Program-made: the position numbers and the translations under genes
Assembly: GCA_965203805.1 (NCBI GenBank)
Contig: OZ241917.1
Span: 5,600,001 to 5,664,000 of the forward strand
Direction of reading: 5' to 3'
DNA from: Candidatus Latescibacterota bacterium
Lineage (GTDB): Bacteria; Latescibacterota; UBA2968; GCA-2709665
Length of the DNA stretch: 64,000 nt
Shown: piece by piece, positions 1 to 9,571 of the stretch
Numbering within the stretch: position 1 is the stretch's first letter
How the letters are laid out: each line of letters starts with the position of its first letter
The notes under the pieces: generated by a model
What the model saw: the letters and a program-made list of their open reading frames with translations, nothing else
Told to the model about the DNA's origin: nothing
The model's database searches: none

Positions 1-2271
1 TTCCACACTGCGATTGTCGAAGCCCACGAGATTGACACGATCGATCAATTGCGGATTCCGGGTCGAAACGACGTGAGCAAGAGCCGTTTGCTCGTTTGCT
101 GGCAGCATATCCTCAATCACATCAACTACTATCCAATATTCCGGATCGCGTCCGACTTGCTTCTTCCGATTCCCAATGGCACGGCCAACGCCGTGCTGAA
201 CCGCCTAGCTCAGGCGGCCAGTGATCTGGCTGGTCTCGGTGCTACAACTCTGCACGACCTCTCCGGTCGAATGTTCCAAACGCTTATCGCCGACCGAAAG
301 TTTCTCGCCACGTTTTACACGCTCCCCACTTCTGCAGCACTGCTCGCTGAGTTGGCGGTATCCCGCATGGATGCTCAGACCGACTGGTCCGACCCGGAGG
401 CGCTCACACGTCTCCAGGTTGCCGACTTGGCATGTGGAACGGGCGCGCTGCTCTCGGCTGCGTACCGAGCCCTCGCAGCGCGTTATCGTCGGGCCGGCGG
501 AGACGATCAAGGGATCCATCGGCAGATGATTGAGAGCGCCCTTATCGCGGCGGACATCATGCCGGCCGCTTCACATCTTACTGCGTCAATGTTGTCGAGC
601 GCGCATCCGGGCACGACCTTTGGCCGCACCCGTGTTCACACGTTGCCATACGGGACGCAAGGTCAGGACAAGCGGCATACGATGGCGTTGGGCGCACTTG
701 ATCTGATTGAGGATGACGCTTCACCGTCGCTGTTTGGTACCGGTGCCACAGTAGTGCACGGTACTGCTAAAGATGCCGCAATGGAAGGTAGTCAAGACAT
801 AAACCTTTCCCGCGAAACGGCTGATTTGGTGATTATGAATCCACCGTTCACAAGACCGACCAATCACGAAAAGGCAGACGTTCCGGTACCGTCATTTGCT
901 GGGTTGAGCAAGACCGAAGACGAGCAACGGGCTATGGCCAAGAGGTTAGCCGAGATTCGTCGGCGGATTTCCAATCCAGTGGGTCATGGCAATGCCGGTT
1001 TGGCATCTAACTTCATAGACCTCGCGCATGTTAAGACCAAACCGGGCGGCGTCCTTGCAGTAGTGCTACCGGCTGTGTGTGTGAGCGGGGAATCTTGGAA
1101 GGAGGTTCGCCGACTGCTTGAATCCGAATATGATGATCTTATACTCGTGACTATAGCCGCATTCGGCCAGACGGATCGAGCTTTTTCGGCTGACACTGGC
1201 ATGGCCGAGACACTCATAGTTGCGACGAAGTGCCGCTTCAGACGAGAATCAAAACGTCGAGAAGCACTTTTCGTCAATCTTTTCCATCGGCCGCGCAGCT
1301 TAGCGGAGGCATTTGAGATGGCGCGGGCGGTGAGTCTTGAAGAGCTGCAAGGTCGGCACGGGCGACTGTACGTGGGTGACAGTGAGATTATCGGCACGTA
1401 CATTCGAGCTCCGTTATACGAGGGCGGTTGCACATCCCTCCGAGAAACCTCGATTGCTGCTACCGCAGTTGAATTAAAGGCCGGACAGCTCAGCCTTCCG
1501 CAGGGCTTCTCTACTGCAATTCAATTGACTCAGCTCGGAAGTCTTGGTGAGGAAGGACTATACCATCTCGACATATCCGGTGGAATAACCAATGGTGTGC
1601 CGCGAGGACCGTTTGAACTCATTCCGATTCAGGGTGTTCCGCAGTATCCAGTGCTGCGAAGGCACAACGCAAAGCGTGAACGAAGCCTCGTTGTACCGCC
1701 CGATAGCGAGGGAGAGGTGAAATTCGGCTGCGACGAGCGGGCCATCGCCGTTTGGAATCGCACGGCCTCACGTCTACACTTCAATCTCGATTTCCGAATC
1801 AACTCACAAAGCCTCACTGCGTGTCTCACGCCAGCCAAAGCGATTGGCGGTCGTGCGTGGCCCAACTTCATTCCGGAGCGGGAAGAATGGACCGTTCCGC
1901 TGGTTTTGTGGTCCAACACGACCCTGGGTCTACTATGTTTTTGGTGGGCTGGTACACGACAACAGCAGGGTCGGGCGTGTCTCACCATCACCCAGTTGCC
2001 GAGACTGACGGTCCTGGACCCGCGCACCCTCAGCGCTGAACAGTTGGCCGTGGCAAGTCTCATCTTTGAGCAGTTCAGCGAGAGGGAATTTCTGCCAGCC
2101 AACGAGGCGTATCGCGACGATGTGCGACAGGACCTCGACCGTGCCGTCCTGGTGGATTTGCTGCACCTACCCGAAGAAACTTTGGAACCGCTTGCCATCT
2201 TGCGCGATCAATGGTGCGCCGAACCAAGCGTCCATGGGGGAAAGAAGACGAGGATTGATACGGAGACATGA
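1..2271 (+). CDS. N6-adenine DNA methyltransferase, probably type IIG-like restriction-modification protein (5' partial)
   Basis: Frame open from base 1. Motif I ADLACGTG precedes motif IV IMNPPF (gamma-class order), followed by a long C-terminal putative target-recognition region. Confidence 0.8.
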   Translation, partial: FHTAIVEAHEIDTIDQLRIPGRNDVSKSRLLVCWQHILNHINYYPIFRIASDLLLPIPNGTANAVLNRLAQAASDLAGLGATTLHDLSGRMFQTLIADRKFLATFYTLPTSAALLAELAVSRMDAQTDWSDPEALTRLQVADLACGTGALLSAAYRALAARYRRAGGDDQGIHRQMIESALIAADIMPAASHLTASMLSSAHPGTTFGRTRVHTLPYGTQGQDKRHTMALGALDLIEDDASPSLFGTGATVVHGTAKDAAMEGSQDINLSRETADLVIMNPPFTRPTNHEKADVPVPSFAGLSKTEDEQRAMAKRLAEIRRRISNPVGHGNAGLASNFIDLAHVKTKPGGVLAVVLPAVCVSGESWKEVRRLLESEYDDLILVTIAAFGQTDRAFSADTGMAETLIVATKCRFRRESKRREALFVNLFHRPRSLAEAFEMARAVSLEELQGRHGRLYVGDSEIIGTYIRAPLYEGGCTSLRETSIAATAVELKAGQLSLPQGFSTAIQLTQLGSLGEEGLYHLDISGGITNGVPRGPFELIPIQGVPQYPVLRRHNAKRERSLVVPPDSEGEVKFGCDERAIAVWNRTASRLHFNLDFRINSQSLTACLTPAKAIGGRAWPNFIPEREEWTVPLVLWSNTTLGLLCFWWAGTRQQQGRACLTITQLPRLTVLDPRTLSAEQLAVASLIFEQFSEREFLPANEAYRDDVRQDLDRAVLVDLLHLPEETLEPLAILRDQWCAEPSVHGGKKTRIDTET

Positions 2272-2520
2272 TTGCGCCAACACACATGCCGACTTGGATC
2301 CAACGCGATTCTGGTCTTCGAGGTTGTTGACGGGGGGTATCAGCCGACGAAGACTGAGTCGGAAGAGGACGTGAGTATTGACGCCACGCAGGAAGAGGCT
2401 TTCAGGGTGATGCTTGCGAACGATCCCCGGTGGTAAAATCGGACACGGGGGAAAAGTCAATGAAGGAATTCGAGGCGTGGTTGGAGAACTGTTGAGACAG
2501 GGAAGGGGTTTGCTCTTCGT

Positions 2521-2706
2521 TTATCCACTTCTGAGAAAGGGAATAACAATTGCGCCAACGGCGAGAATGATAATTGCCCACAGTTTTCGATCTATGCTGA
2601 CATAGAGCTTTTCCATAAACTCTATTCGTTTGTCCATCTGTTGAGACAAGCCTTTGAGTTCCGCCAGGCTTTCGGCGTGATAATCATGATCCTGGGTGTT
2701 AGCCAT
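2521..2706 (-). CDS. Small protein, coiled coil plus C-terminal transmembrane helix
   Basis: 61-aa ORF with GGAGAG RBS and hydrophobic tail LWAIIILAVGAIVIPFL. Confidence 0.6.
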   Translation of the reverse strand: MANTQDHDYHAESLAELKGLSQQMDKRIEFMEKLYVSIDRKLWAIIILAVGAIVIPFLRSG

Positions 2707-3347
2707 CGCTCACTCTCCCAGTTCACTGCTGGTTTTGCTTTTCTGGAAATAGTATGCGGAAACGTTCGACTTGTCAATGAAAATTAAGACTCTTCTCGGA
2801 ACTTACCACGTGAATAATCCACGAAATTTCTCCGTTTTCTTGATTAACCTGTTATTTTTTTTGAATATTCGGTGCATGACATAAGGAAAACCGTTAAAGT
2901 TCAGGGATCTCGGTGGTCGGAGTGATGACTTGCGGTCTATGGTGTATCGATCCGTTGTCTTTCTCGTTTTCTCGCGCCTTTTTCGTCTATATCCTGCCCA
3001 TCCTCTCTATCTATGTAAGTTCCGCTTTATGAATCAAAAGGGATCAATGAGTTTCATTAAAAATCTGTGACCTTTTACCCCCGAAAACATCCGCCGAACT
3101 ACCGTTGGCACGATTGTATATGGTCCCTTCTATCAGGGTGACACTTCATGTTCGACTGACCGACCCTTTGCTGAACGCTACAAAGAGCGCTCTTCGCTTG
3201 CGCGAACCGGAGACGTTGCATTACTTCTGTTTTCTTTAGAGCGGTACCGGTTGTCAGTGTCGCGCGACGCGAATTCATCCGCAGCAATATGCGGGCAACT
3301 TTGAAAGTTGCCCCTACAAATCCAACATCGGCGCATCGAGGTCAAAA

Positions 3348-3410
3348 CCTGCCTTCTGAGCAGAACTGGGCCTGTCTGCCGGTCCAACGGGACAGGTAGG
3401 CGCAGGCAGG
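3348..3410. repeat. Nested mini-hairpin insertion (degenerate copy of 5932-5994)
   Basis: Outer 33-nt element with inner 30-nt element at 3371-3400; flanks also resemble those at 5932. Confidence 0.8.
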
Positions 3411-3709
3411 TGTTCTCGCTTCCGGGTGTCGCAGCTGCAGGTTTCAGTTTGCAGCCGTCAGCTTGCAGCGGTAAACGACACGGCCTGTCGGCGCCGAGCG
3501 GCGGCGTTTTTTTCTCCCCTTTTCCCTTAGCGAGAAAAATACTGGGCCTAAACAAATAAAAAACAATAAGCTATGATTTGCAATTTAGATTCCGTAATCG
3601 CGCACCTATATGGCGTAAGCGAGTCGCAGTTCATCCACATCTTCGAGACTTTTCACGAAGATTGGGATAATCAAGCGCGCTTGGATGCAGCGCTGCGCCA
3701 TTTCCGGAC

Positions 3710-4873
3710 ATGGAGGAGTCGCCAATGACACTGCGCGTCAATGTCAAACCGGAGATGTTTCGCTGGGCGCGCGAGCGGGCGGGCATTCACGTGGACGCTC
3801 TCGTTAAGCGATTTCCCAGGTATCCTGAGTGGGAAAGCGGTGAGAAACAGCCGACGCTCAAGCAACTGGAGAAGCTTGCCCGGGTCACCTATGCGCCGAT
3901 CGGTTCGTTCTTTCTCTCTGCGCCACTTGATGAACCGGTCCCTATACCTGACATGCGAACGATCGGCAATGAGTTCGTCGGACGGCCCAGCGTCGAACTT
4001 TTGGAAACTGTTTATCTCTGCTTACGGCGCCAGGATTGGTACCGTGACAATGCACGCATTGAGGGAGAAGATCCGCTGGCGTTTGTGGGTTCCGCTACAA
4101 CTGGCAGCGACGTTGAGACCACTGCGGAAGAGATTAGAGCCGAACTGGGTTTCGACGTCGAGGAGAGGAACGATCTACGTACCTGGACCGAGGCGCTAAG
4201 ACGCTTTATTCAGCAGGCCGATGCACTGGGCGTATTGGTGATGACAAGCGGGATCGTTGGCAACAACACCCGCCGCAGGCTGGACCCCGAAGAGTTTCGG
4301 GGCTTCGCCCTGAGCGACGATCTTGCACCACTTGTCTTTATTAACGGTGCCGACACCAAAGCGGCTCAGATGTTTACGCTGGCACATGAACTCGGGCACA
4401 TCTGGCTTGGCGAATCTGCGCTTTCCGATGCTGACGTGGTTTCCGTGCCTGCCCACGAAATAGAGGGTTGGTGCAACCGTGTCGCCGCCGAGCTTCTCGT
4501 GCCACTCAGGTCCTTACTTGAGAGTTACCGTAAGAGGGAGGAACTTCCAATCCAGCTGAACCGCCTTGCTCGCCAATTCAAAGTCAGCACCTTGGTCGTA
4601 CTGCGTCGGCTCCACGATGGCGGCGTGCTCGACCGTGATGCGCTTGGGTCCGCCTACGCCCAAGAACTGGATCGAATAGGCAACATTGAAAAGACGAGCG
4701 GCGGGAGCTTCCATCCCACGCTCAAGGCGCGTGTGGGTGGGCGGTTTGGCGGCGCCATTGTGACCAGCACACTGGGAGGGAGGACTTCGTTTTCCGAGTC
4801 CTTCCGTCTTCTCGGAATCAAGAAGGCATCGACGTTACGGGCATTTGCCACAAGTCTGAAAGTGGGATCGTAG
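3710..4873 (+). CDS. XRE-HTH plus ImmA/IrrE-family metallopeptidase
   Basis: N-terminal HTH (WESGEKQPTLKQLEKLA), FTLAHELGH HExxH motif and EGWCNRVAAELL; directly upstream of a DUF4411-like gene, a known pairing. Confidence 0.9.
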   Translation: MEESPMTLRVNVKPEMFRWARERAGIHVDALVKRFPRYPEWESGEKQPTLKQLEKLARVTYAPIGSFFLSAPLDEPVPIPDMRTIGNEFVGRPSVELLETVYLCLRRQDWYRDNARIEGEDPLAFVGSATTGSDVETTAEEIRAELGFDVEERNDLRTWTEALRRFIQQADALGVLVMTSGIVGNNTRRRLDPEEFRGFALSDDLAPLVFINGADTKAAQMFTLAHELGHIWLGESALSDADVVSVPAHEIEGWCNRVAAELLVPLRSLLESYRKREELPIQLNRLARQFKVSTLVVLRRLHDGGVLDRDALGSAYAQELDRIGNIEKTSGGSFHPTLKARVGGRFGGAIVTSTLGGRTSFSESFRLLGIKKASTLRAFATSLKVGS

Positions 4874-5161
4874 ATGGCATATTTGCTTGATGCAGACGCT
4901 TTTATCCGTGCCAAGAACTTGCATTACGGCTTCGAAATATGTCCTGGGTTCTGGGATTGGCTGGTCACGGCGAACGAACGGGGAATCGTTTTCAGCATTG
5001 AAAAAGTCGCCGACGAAGTCGCAGCCGGCGATGACGACCTTGCGATTTGGGCAGACTGTCCTGGCGACTTCTCCGTTGTCCGGCGACCTGCTTTTTTAGA
5101 CAATTGTGACGGCAACACGAAGGCGAACACGTTACGGGAACTGCTGGGTGTTGCGGGTTAA
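4874..5161 (+). pseudogene. Truncated DUF4411 (PIN-like) protein
   Basis: YLLDADAFIRAKNLHYGFEICPGFWDWL matches the family N-terminus; similarity ends after about 60 aa. Confidence 0.75.
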
Positions 5162-5246
5162 TTTCAATTGAGAACATTTAGGCACACCCGTTCAAGTAAA
5201 TTTCGCGACGGGTTTGTTTAGTCCGAATGGCATCAATTGGAACGCG

Positions 5247-5378
5247 TTAAACGCCAAGACATTCCTGGACGCATTTGGCGCGGAGGATCCGCCGCGTCCC
5301 GAACGCACCACCTATGTCGATTGCGTGATAGACATTGAAGCCATCTACGAAAAACATGGTTCGATTGTAGTGTCTCAC
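5247..5378 (-). pseudogene. NYN-domain (PIN-like) ribonuclease remnant
   Basis: GTG start after AAGGAAG RBS; RTMFFVDGFNVYHAI is an NYN N-terminal motif; stop after about 43 aa. Confidence 0.6.
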
Positions 5379-5396
5379 GTCACTTCCTTTTCTACA

Positions 5397-5432
5397 AAAC
5401 AAAAAAAACCCGGACCCACTTGGGAATCCGGG
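5397..5432 (-). terminator. Intrinsic-terminator-like hairpin upstream of the NYN remnant
   Basis: CCCGGATTCCC-AAGT-GGGTCCGGG followed by a long T run on the minus strand. Confidence 0.55.
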
Positions 5433-5931
5433 GGCTCCAGGATCGTTCTTCTGGAGGGAGGATACAGGATAATAACTAAATCCAGTGATGTTGTCTAGAA
5501 AATCCAAATAAAACAAGCCCTATTCGCGAATTCGAACCAGCCACTGTTTGATCCGGACCGCCTGAGGATGGTCGGGTTCGAGTTTCGGCGCGAAATTCGC
5601 CGACAATGACTCTGGGGAGAGTACCCCGAAAACTTAAAGCTTGAGGATTTGAAGACTCTGCTGAGAAGGATTGGAACTGAATTTAGGGACGAATATCATA
5701 TTCCTCTGCAGAAGCGTTTCTGCTACACTGAGGAATTGTCTAAAGTTGCTGCGTTCGTCCGATGCTTCGTAGACAGACTCAATACAGACAGCGACAATGT
5801 TGAAAAAACGACAAGGGTTGTATCTGAAAGTCAATGATCACCCATCAGTCCACAGCTTGAATCGAAAAACCAATGCGTTGACGTGAGCGCCATAAACCTT
5901 CAGGATCAGAAGAGGCGCATCGAGGGCAAGA

Positions 5932-5994
5932 CCTGCCTGCCGAGCAGAACTCGGCCTGTCTGCCGTTCCAACGGGACAGGCAGGCGCAGGCAGG
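5932..5994. repeat. Nested mini-hairpin insertion inside a REP-like repeat
   Basis: CCTGCCTGCCGAGCAGAACTCGG[CCTGTCTGCCGTTCCAACGGGACAGGCAGG]CGCAGGCAGG; the empty site GGGCAAGA/TGCCCTCGCTCCCGGGAGA occurs reverse-complemented at about 54381-54411. Confidence 0.9.
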
Positions 5995-6106
5995 TGCCCT
6001 CGCTCCCGGGAGAGCGGTGAGACGCAGGACGATTGAGGACCGCACCCCGCCGATCTCGCGCTCCGATTTCTTGCCCTGTTTCTTGTTGTAAACTGCGACG
6101 ATTCAA

Positions 6107-9100
6107 TCATTTCGCAACGCTATCGTGTTGGCTGCTCCCCACACCATTCAGCGATTTTTCAGCTTCTGACGCCGCGTCCTGCATGGCGCCTTCCAGGTTT
6201 TCCACCCTGACCTCGCGCCGGGGCTGCAGGTAGACGAACACCATTTCTTTGACCTCCTTTCCGGTGGCCTCGCGGATGGCGTAGGCATAGGCGCCGCCTT
6301 GAAGGCGATAGTCCTCCTTGAGGGGGCCGGACGCCTCGGCCGCGCTGACGGAATCGGTCTTGAAGTCGACCACCACCAGGTCGCCGTCTTCTTCAAACAG
6401 CAGGTCGATGAAACCGTGAAGGGAACCATCGCCGATGGCGACCGCCACCGGTACCTCACGCCAGAAACGCCTTGAAGCCACTGCCCGCCTCACGATGGCG
6501 CTCTCCACGGCAACGCGAGACAGACGGGCGATTTGATCGTAGCGACCGGGTATGCCCTCCGCCGCGGCCTGAGCGCGGGTCCGGTCATCAATACCGGCGC
6601 CAGTATCTAGGTCGATCGACTGAAGTACGGCGTGGACCGCCCGGCCGACCGACGTTCCCGCACGCCCTCGCCGCCACGGCTCGGAAGACTCGGGCTCGCC
6701 CTTTTGCTCGCGCAAACCACCACCCAGCGACGTCGCCGCTACGGACGAGGGTCGCCCCATTTCGGCATTCAACGCCGCGCGCTGATTCAACCACTTCTCG
6801 CGCGACTCGACGGAGTGCTCTACGTCGTCCTCAGGGTTTAATCCGTCGTCGCGCGCCTCTTGCAGATCCGGTGTTACGACGGGGTCATCCACGCAGATGG
6901 GCTCCCAAAGTCCCGGTGCTTCTGCCAGGTGCCCGGATATCGCACCCGCAGGGGACTTCTGGCCGCCCTTCGCCCGACGCCGCAGACTCAGCACGAGGTG
7001 GTCGCGGGCGCGGGTGGCGGCCACGTACATCAGGCGGATATACTCCGCATCGGATGTCTTTTTCTCCCTTTCGGCCAGTTCTTCGAATCCGTCGGTGAAA
7101 AAACCGAGTTTTTTGGGCCCAAGTCTCACTTCGACGGAGCCCGAGCTGCGGTCGACGAGCAGGGCGTCAGTCATGCTTTTTCTCTCTGAGTTGATTCCGG
7201 TCAGAATGACCACCGGAAACTCGAGACCTTTGGCGGCGTGAACGGTCATTACCCTCACCGCCTGTTCGTCCGATTCCGGTACCGGGGTCTCCGTGACGCG
7301 AGCCCGTTCGTTCATCTGATCCTCTACCCATACCAGAAAGGCCCGCAACGACGTTCCCCCCGAGCCGGCGAACTGGCGCGCCCGTTCCACCAGAAATCGG
7401 TAGCGGCGCCACTGCTCCCGCATGCGCGGGTGTCCGGTCGACGCTTCCATCAATCCGCGGTCGCGGACAAATCGGTCGATGAAACTGCCGGGCGTCTCCC
7501 ACAGACGCCGGGAATGGTAGGCGCTGAGTACGCCAAGAGCATCCGATACCGGGCCGGCGCCGCGTCCGGCCCGTGGATGCAGATAGTCGAATCCACCCCC
7601 GCCTTGAAAGTGCCTGAACAGATCGACGTCGCTGCATCCGAACGCCGGCGAGCGGAGCGCCGCGACAACGGCGACCTGATCGCCGGGATCGTCGATGGCC
7701 CTGAGGCAGTTCAACAGGTCGCGTATTTCCTGCGTTTCGAAGATGAGCGACGCGCTCTCCAGGCGGTAAGGTATTCCCGCGGCTTCAAGGCTCCTTTGCA
7801 ATATCGAAACGCCGGTACGGCCGGGCATCAGAATGCAGATGTCGGAATACGTGACCGATGTGTAGGTCTCGCTTCCGTTAGCCTCCGTAGCCTGACTGTC
7901 CAGTTTCTGCCACCTTTCGTCTGTCATTCGACGAATCAGTGCGGCGATATCCGTCGCTTCCATCCTGCGGATCCCGTCGATGTCGCCTTCCACCGCCACG
8001 TCGGACAGCGCCCAAACCTCCGGGCCGATGCCCGACGCCGGTCCACCGACCCAACGTGGGGCCATGTTCTCATACCCGGCCTGGTAATATCCCTCGTCTT
8101 CGGCTCGTTCCCGATCCTGCCCCATCCATTGTAAAAAAAGACAGTTGACCCAGGCGACGAGCCTCCGGTGCGATCGGAAATTCTGCGTGAGGCGGACCGT
8201 GCGGCCGCCCGCGAGCGCCATCCGTTCCTTCACCCTTTCCATCTGGGCCACGTCGGCACGGCGAAAACGGTAAATCGACTGCTTGGGATCGCCAACGGCG
8301 AATATCGCGCCGTTCCTGGGTTCCACTTGGTCCCATGCTCGAGGACGGGCATCGTCCGTGCGCCCCGGCGGTACGTCTTCGCAAAGGAACATGGCGATTT
8401 CGGCCTGTATCGGGTCGGTGTCCTGGACTTCGTCGATGAGCACGTGCGTGAACCGCCCGCGAAAGTGGTCCCGCACCGGGATATCGTCGCGGAGCAGGTC
8501 GCGCGCCCAGACCAGCAGGTCGTGGAACTCCGCCCGGCCTTCGGATCGCCTCTTCTCGGCGTACTCGAGAGCGAACTGCCGTACCCCCGCGAGAATCGGA
8601 TTCAAGACAGCGTGTCGGACCAGATTCAATTCAGTTTCTGTCGCAGCATGCAACTCATTGAGGCGTTCCTTGAGTACTTTACAGGCGTTGATTCCCGTTT
8701 CATGGTCGACGCGCCAATCCTTCTGGCTGCCCCTGCTGCATCTGAGCGGCAGCATTTGACGCAACAGTTGGTAGGCGATGGGCGATCCCGGGTCGGCATC
8801 CGCGAGCCTGCGTGCGGCTCCCGACCTGCTCTGAACGTGGAGGTACAAAGCGTCGTCGTCGACGGACTTCGCATACCGGCAGAGACGTTCCAGTTCTGGC
8901 CACGTCTTCAAGAGCGTCTCAACCGCTTTAGCGTCCCCGCGCGGCGAGGAATTGAAGCGCTTGCCGTGAAGGTCCGCGTAGTTTTCGTGAAATTCCCTCG
9001 CGGTGCTTCGAAGATGGGCAAGGGTCATGTCCAGCGTGAGGGCCAGCGCGAGGTGAGGCGCGAGAATCGAGTCTTCCTCCAGCATGTCGTCGATCCAGTC

Positions 9101-9571
9101 CTCCCATTCTTCATTGAACCGGATTCCCGCGGTGATGTCATCCGTCGTTTCGAAGCCCGGCGGCAAACCCGCTTCCAGCGGTCTTTCGTGTAGCAGCGTC
9201 GCGGCGAATGAATGCAGCGTCTGTATGGCGGCTTGGTCCAGATCCTTGATTCCCCTGGCGCAGGCCTTACGTTCATCCTCGGAACGGGACGCGTCTCCGG
9301 CTGCAACTTCCAATCCCTGGCGCACGCGGTCCCGTAACTCCGAGGCAGCCGCTTCGGTGAAAGTTATGGCTGCAATCCGGTCCAGCGTCGTCTTTCCCGT
9401 CGCCACCAGATTCACAACCCGTTTCACAAGGCTGGTCGTCTTGCCGGTACCGGCGCTGGCTTCGACGAACAGCGTTCCATCCAGGTCCTCTTCGATGATG
9501 CGACGGGAACATGCGTCGGCAGGGATGAAATCCGGCCGGCCTCCACCGGGCAGGTTCGGTCGAGCCGTCAT
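6107..9571 (-). CDS. addA: UvrD-type helicase with C-terminal PD-(D/E)XK nuclease (AddA/RecB-like)
   Basis: EASAGTGKT, LIDEVQDT, VGDPKQSIYRFR, MTVHAAKGLEF, YVAATRARD and nuclease GFIDLL..VVDFKT; ATGA overlap with the upstream gene. Confidence 0.9.
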   Translation of the reverse strand: MTARPNLPGGGRPDFIPADACSRRIIEEDLDGTLFVEASAGTGKTTSLVKRVVNLVATGKTTLDRIAAITFTEAAASELRDRVRQGLEVAAGDASRSEDERKACARGIKDLDQAAIQTLHSFAATLLHERPLEAGLPPGFETTDDITAGIRFNEEWEDWIDDMLEEDSILAPHLALALTLDMTLAHLRSTAREFHENYADLHGKRFNSSPRGDAKAVETLLKTWPELERLCRYAKSVDDDALYLHVQSRSGAARRLADADPGSPIAYQLLRQMLPLRCSRGSQKDWRVDHETGINACKVLKERLNELHAATETELNLVRHAVLNPILAGVRQFALEYAEKRRSEGRAEFHDLLVWARDLLRDDIPVRDHFRGRFTHVLIDEVQDTDPIQAEIAMFLCEDVPPGRTDDARPRAWDQVEPRNGAIFAVGDPKQSIYRFRRADVAQMERVKERMALAGGRTVRLTQNFRSHRRLVAWVNCLFLQWMGQDRERAEDEGYYQAGYENMAPRWVGGPASGIGPEVWALSDVAVEGDIDGIRRMEATDIAALIRRMTDERWQKLDSQATEANGSETYTSVTYSDICILMPGRTGVSILQRSLEAAGIPYRLESASLIFETQEIRDLLNCLRAIDDPGDQVAVVAALRSPAFGCSDVDLFRHFQGGGGFDYLHPRAGRGAGPVSDALGVLSAYHSRRLWETPGSFIDRFVRDRGLMEASTGHPRMREQWRRYRFLVERARQFAGSGGTSLRAFLVWVEDQMNERARVTETPVPESDEQAVRVMTVHAAKGLEFPVVILTGINSERKSMTDALLVDRSSGSVEVRLGPKKLGFFTDGFEELAEREKKTSDAEYIRLMYVAATRARDHLVLSLRRRAKGGQKSPAGAISGHLAEAPGLWEPICVDDPVVTPDLQEARDDGLNPEDDVEHSVESREKWLNQRAALNAEMGRPSSVAATSLGGGLREQKGEPESSEPWRRGRAGTSVGRAVHAVLQSIDLDTGAGIDDRTRAQAAAEGIPGRYDQIARLSRVAVESAIVRRAVASRRFWREVPVAVAIGDGSLHGFIDLLFEEDGDLVVVDFKTDSVSAAEASGPLKEDYRLQGGAYAYAIREATGKEVKEMVFVYLQPRREVRVENLEGAMQDAASEAEKSLNGVGSSQHDSVAK

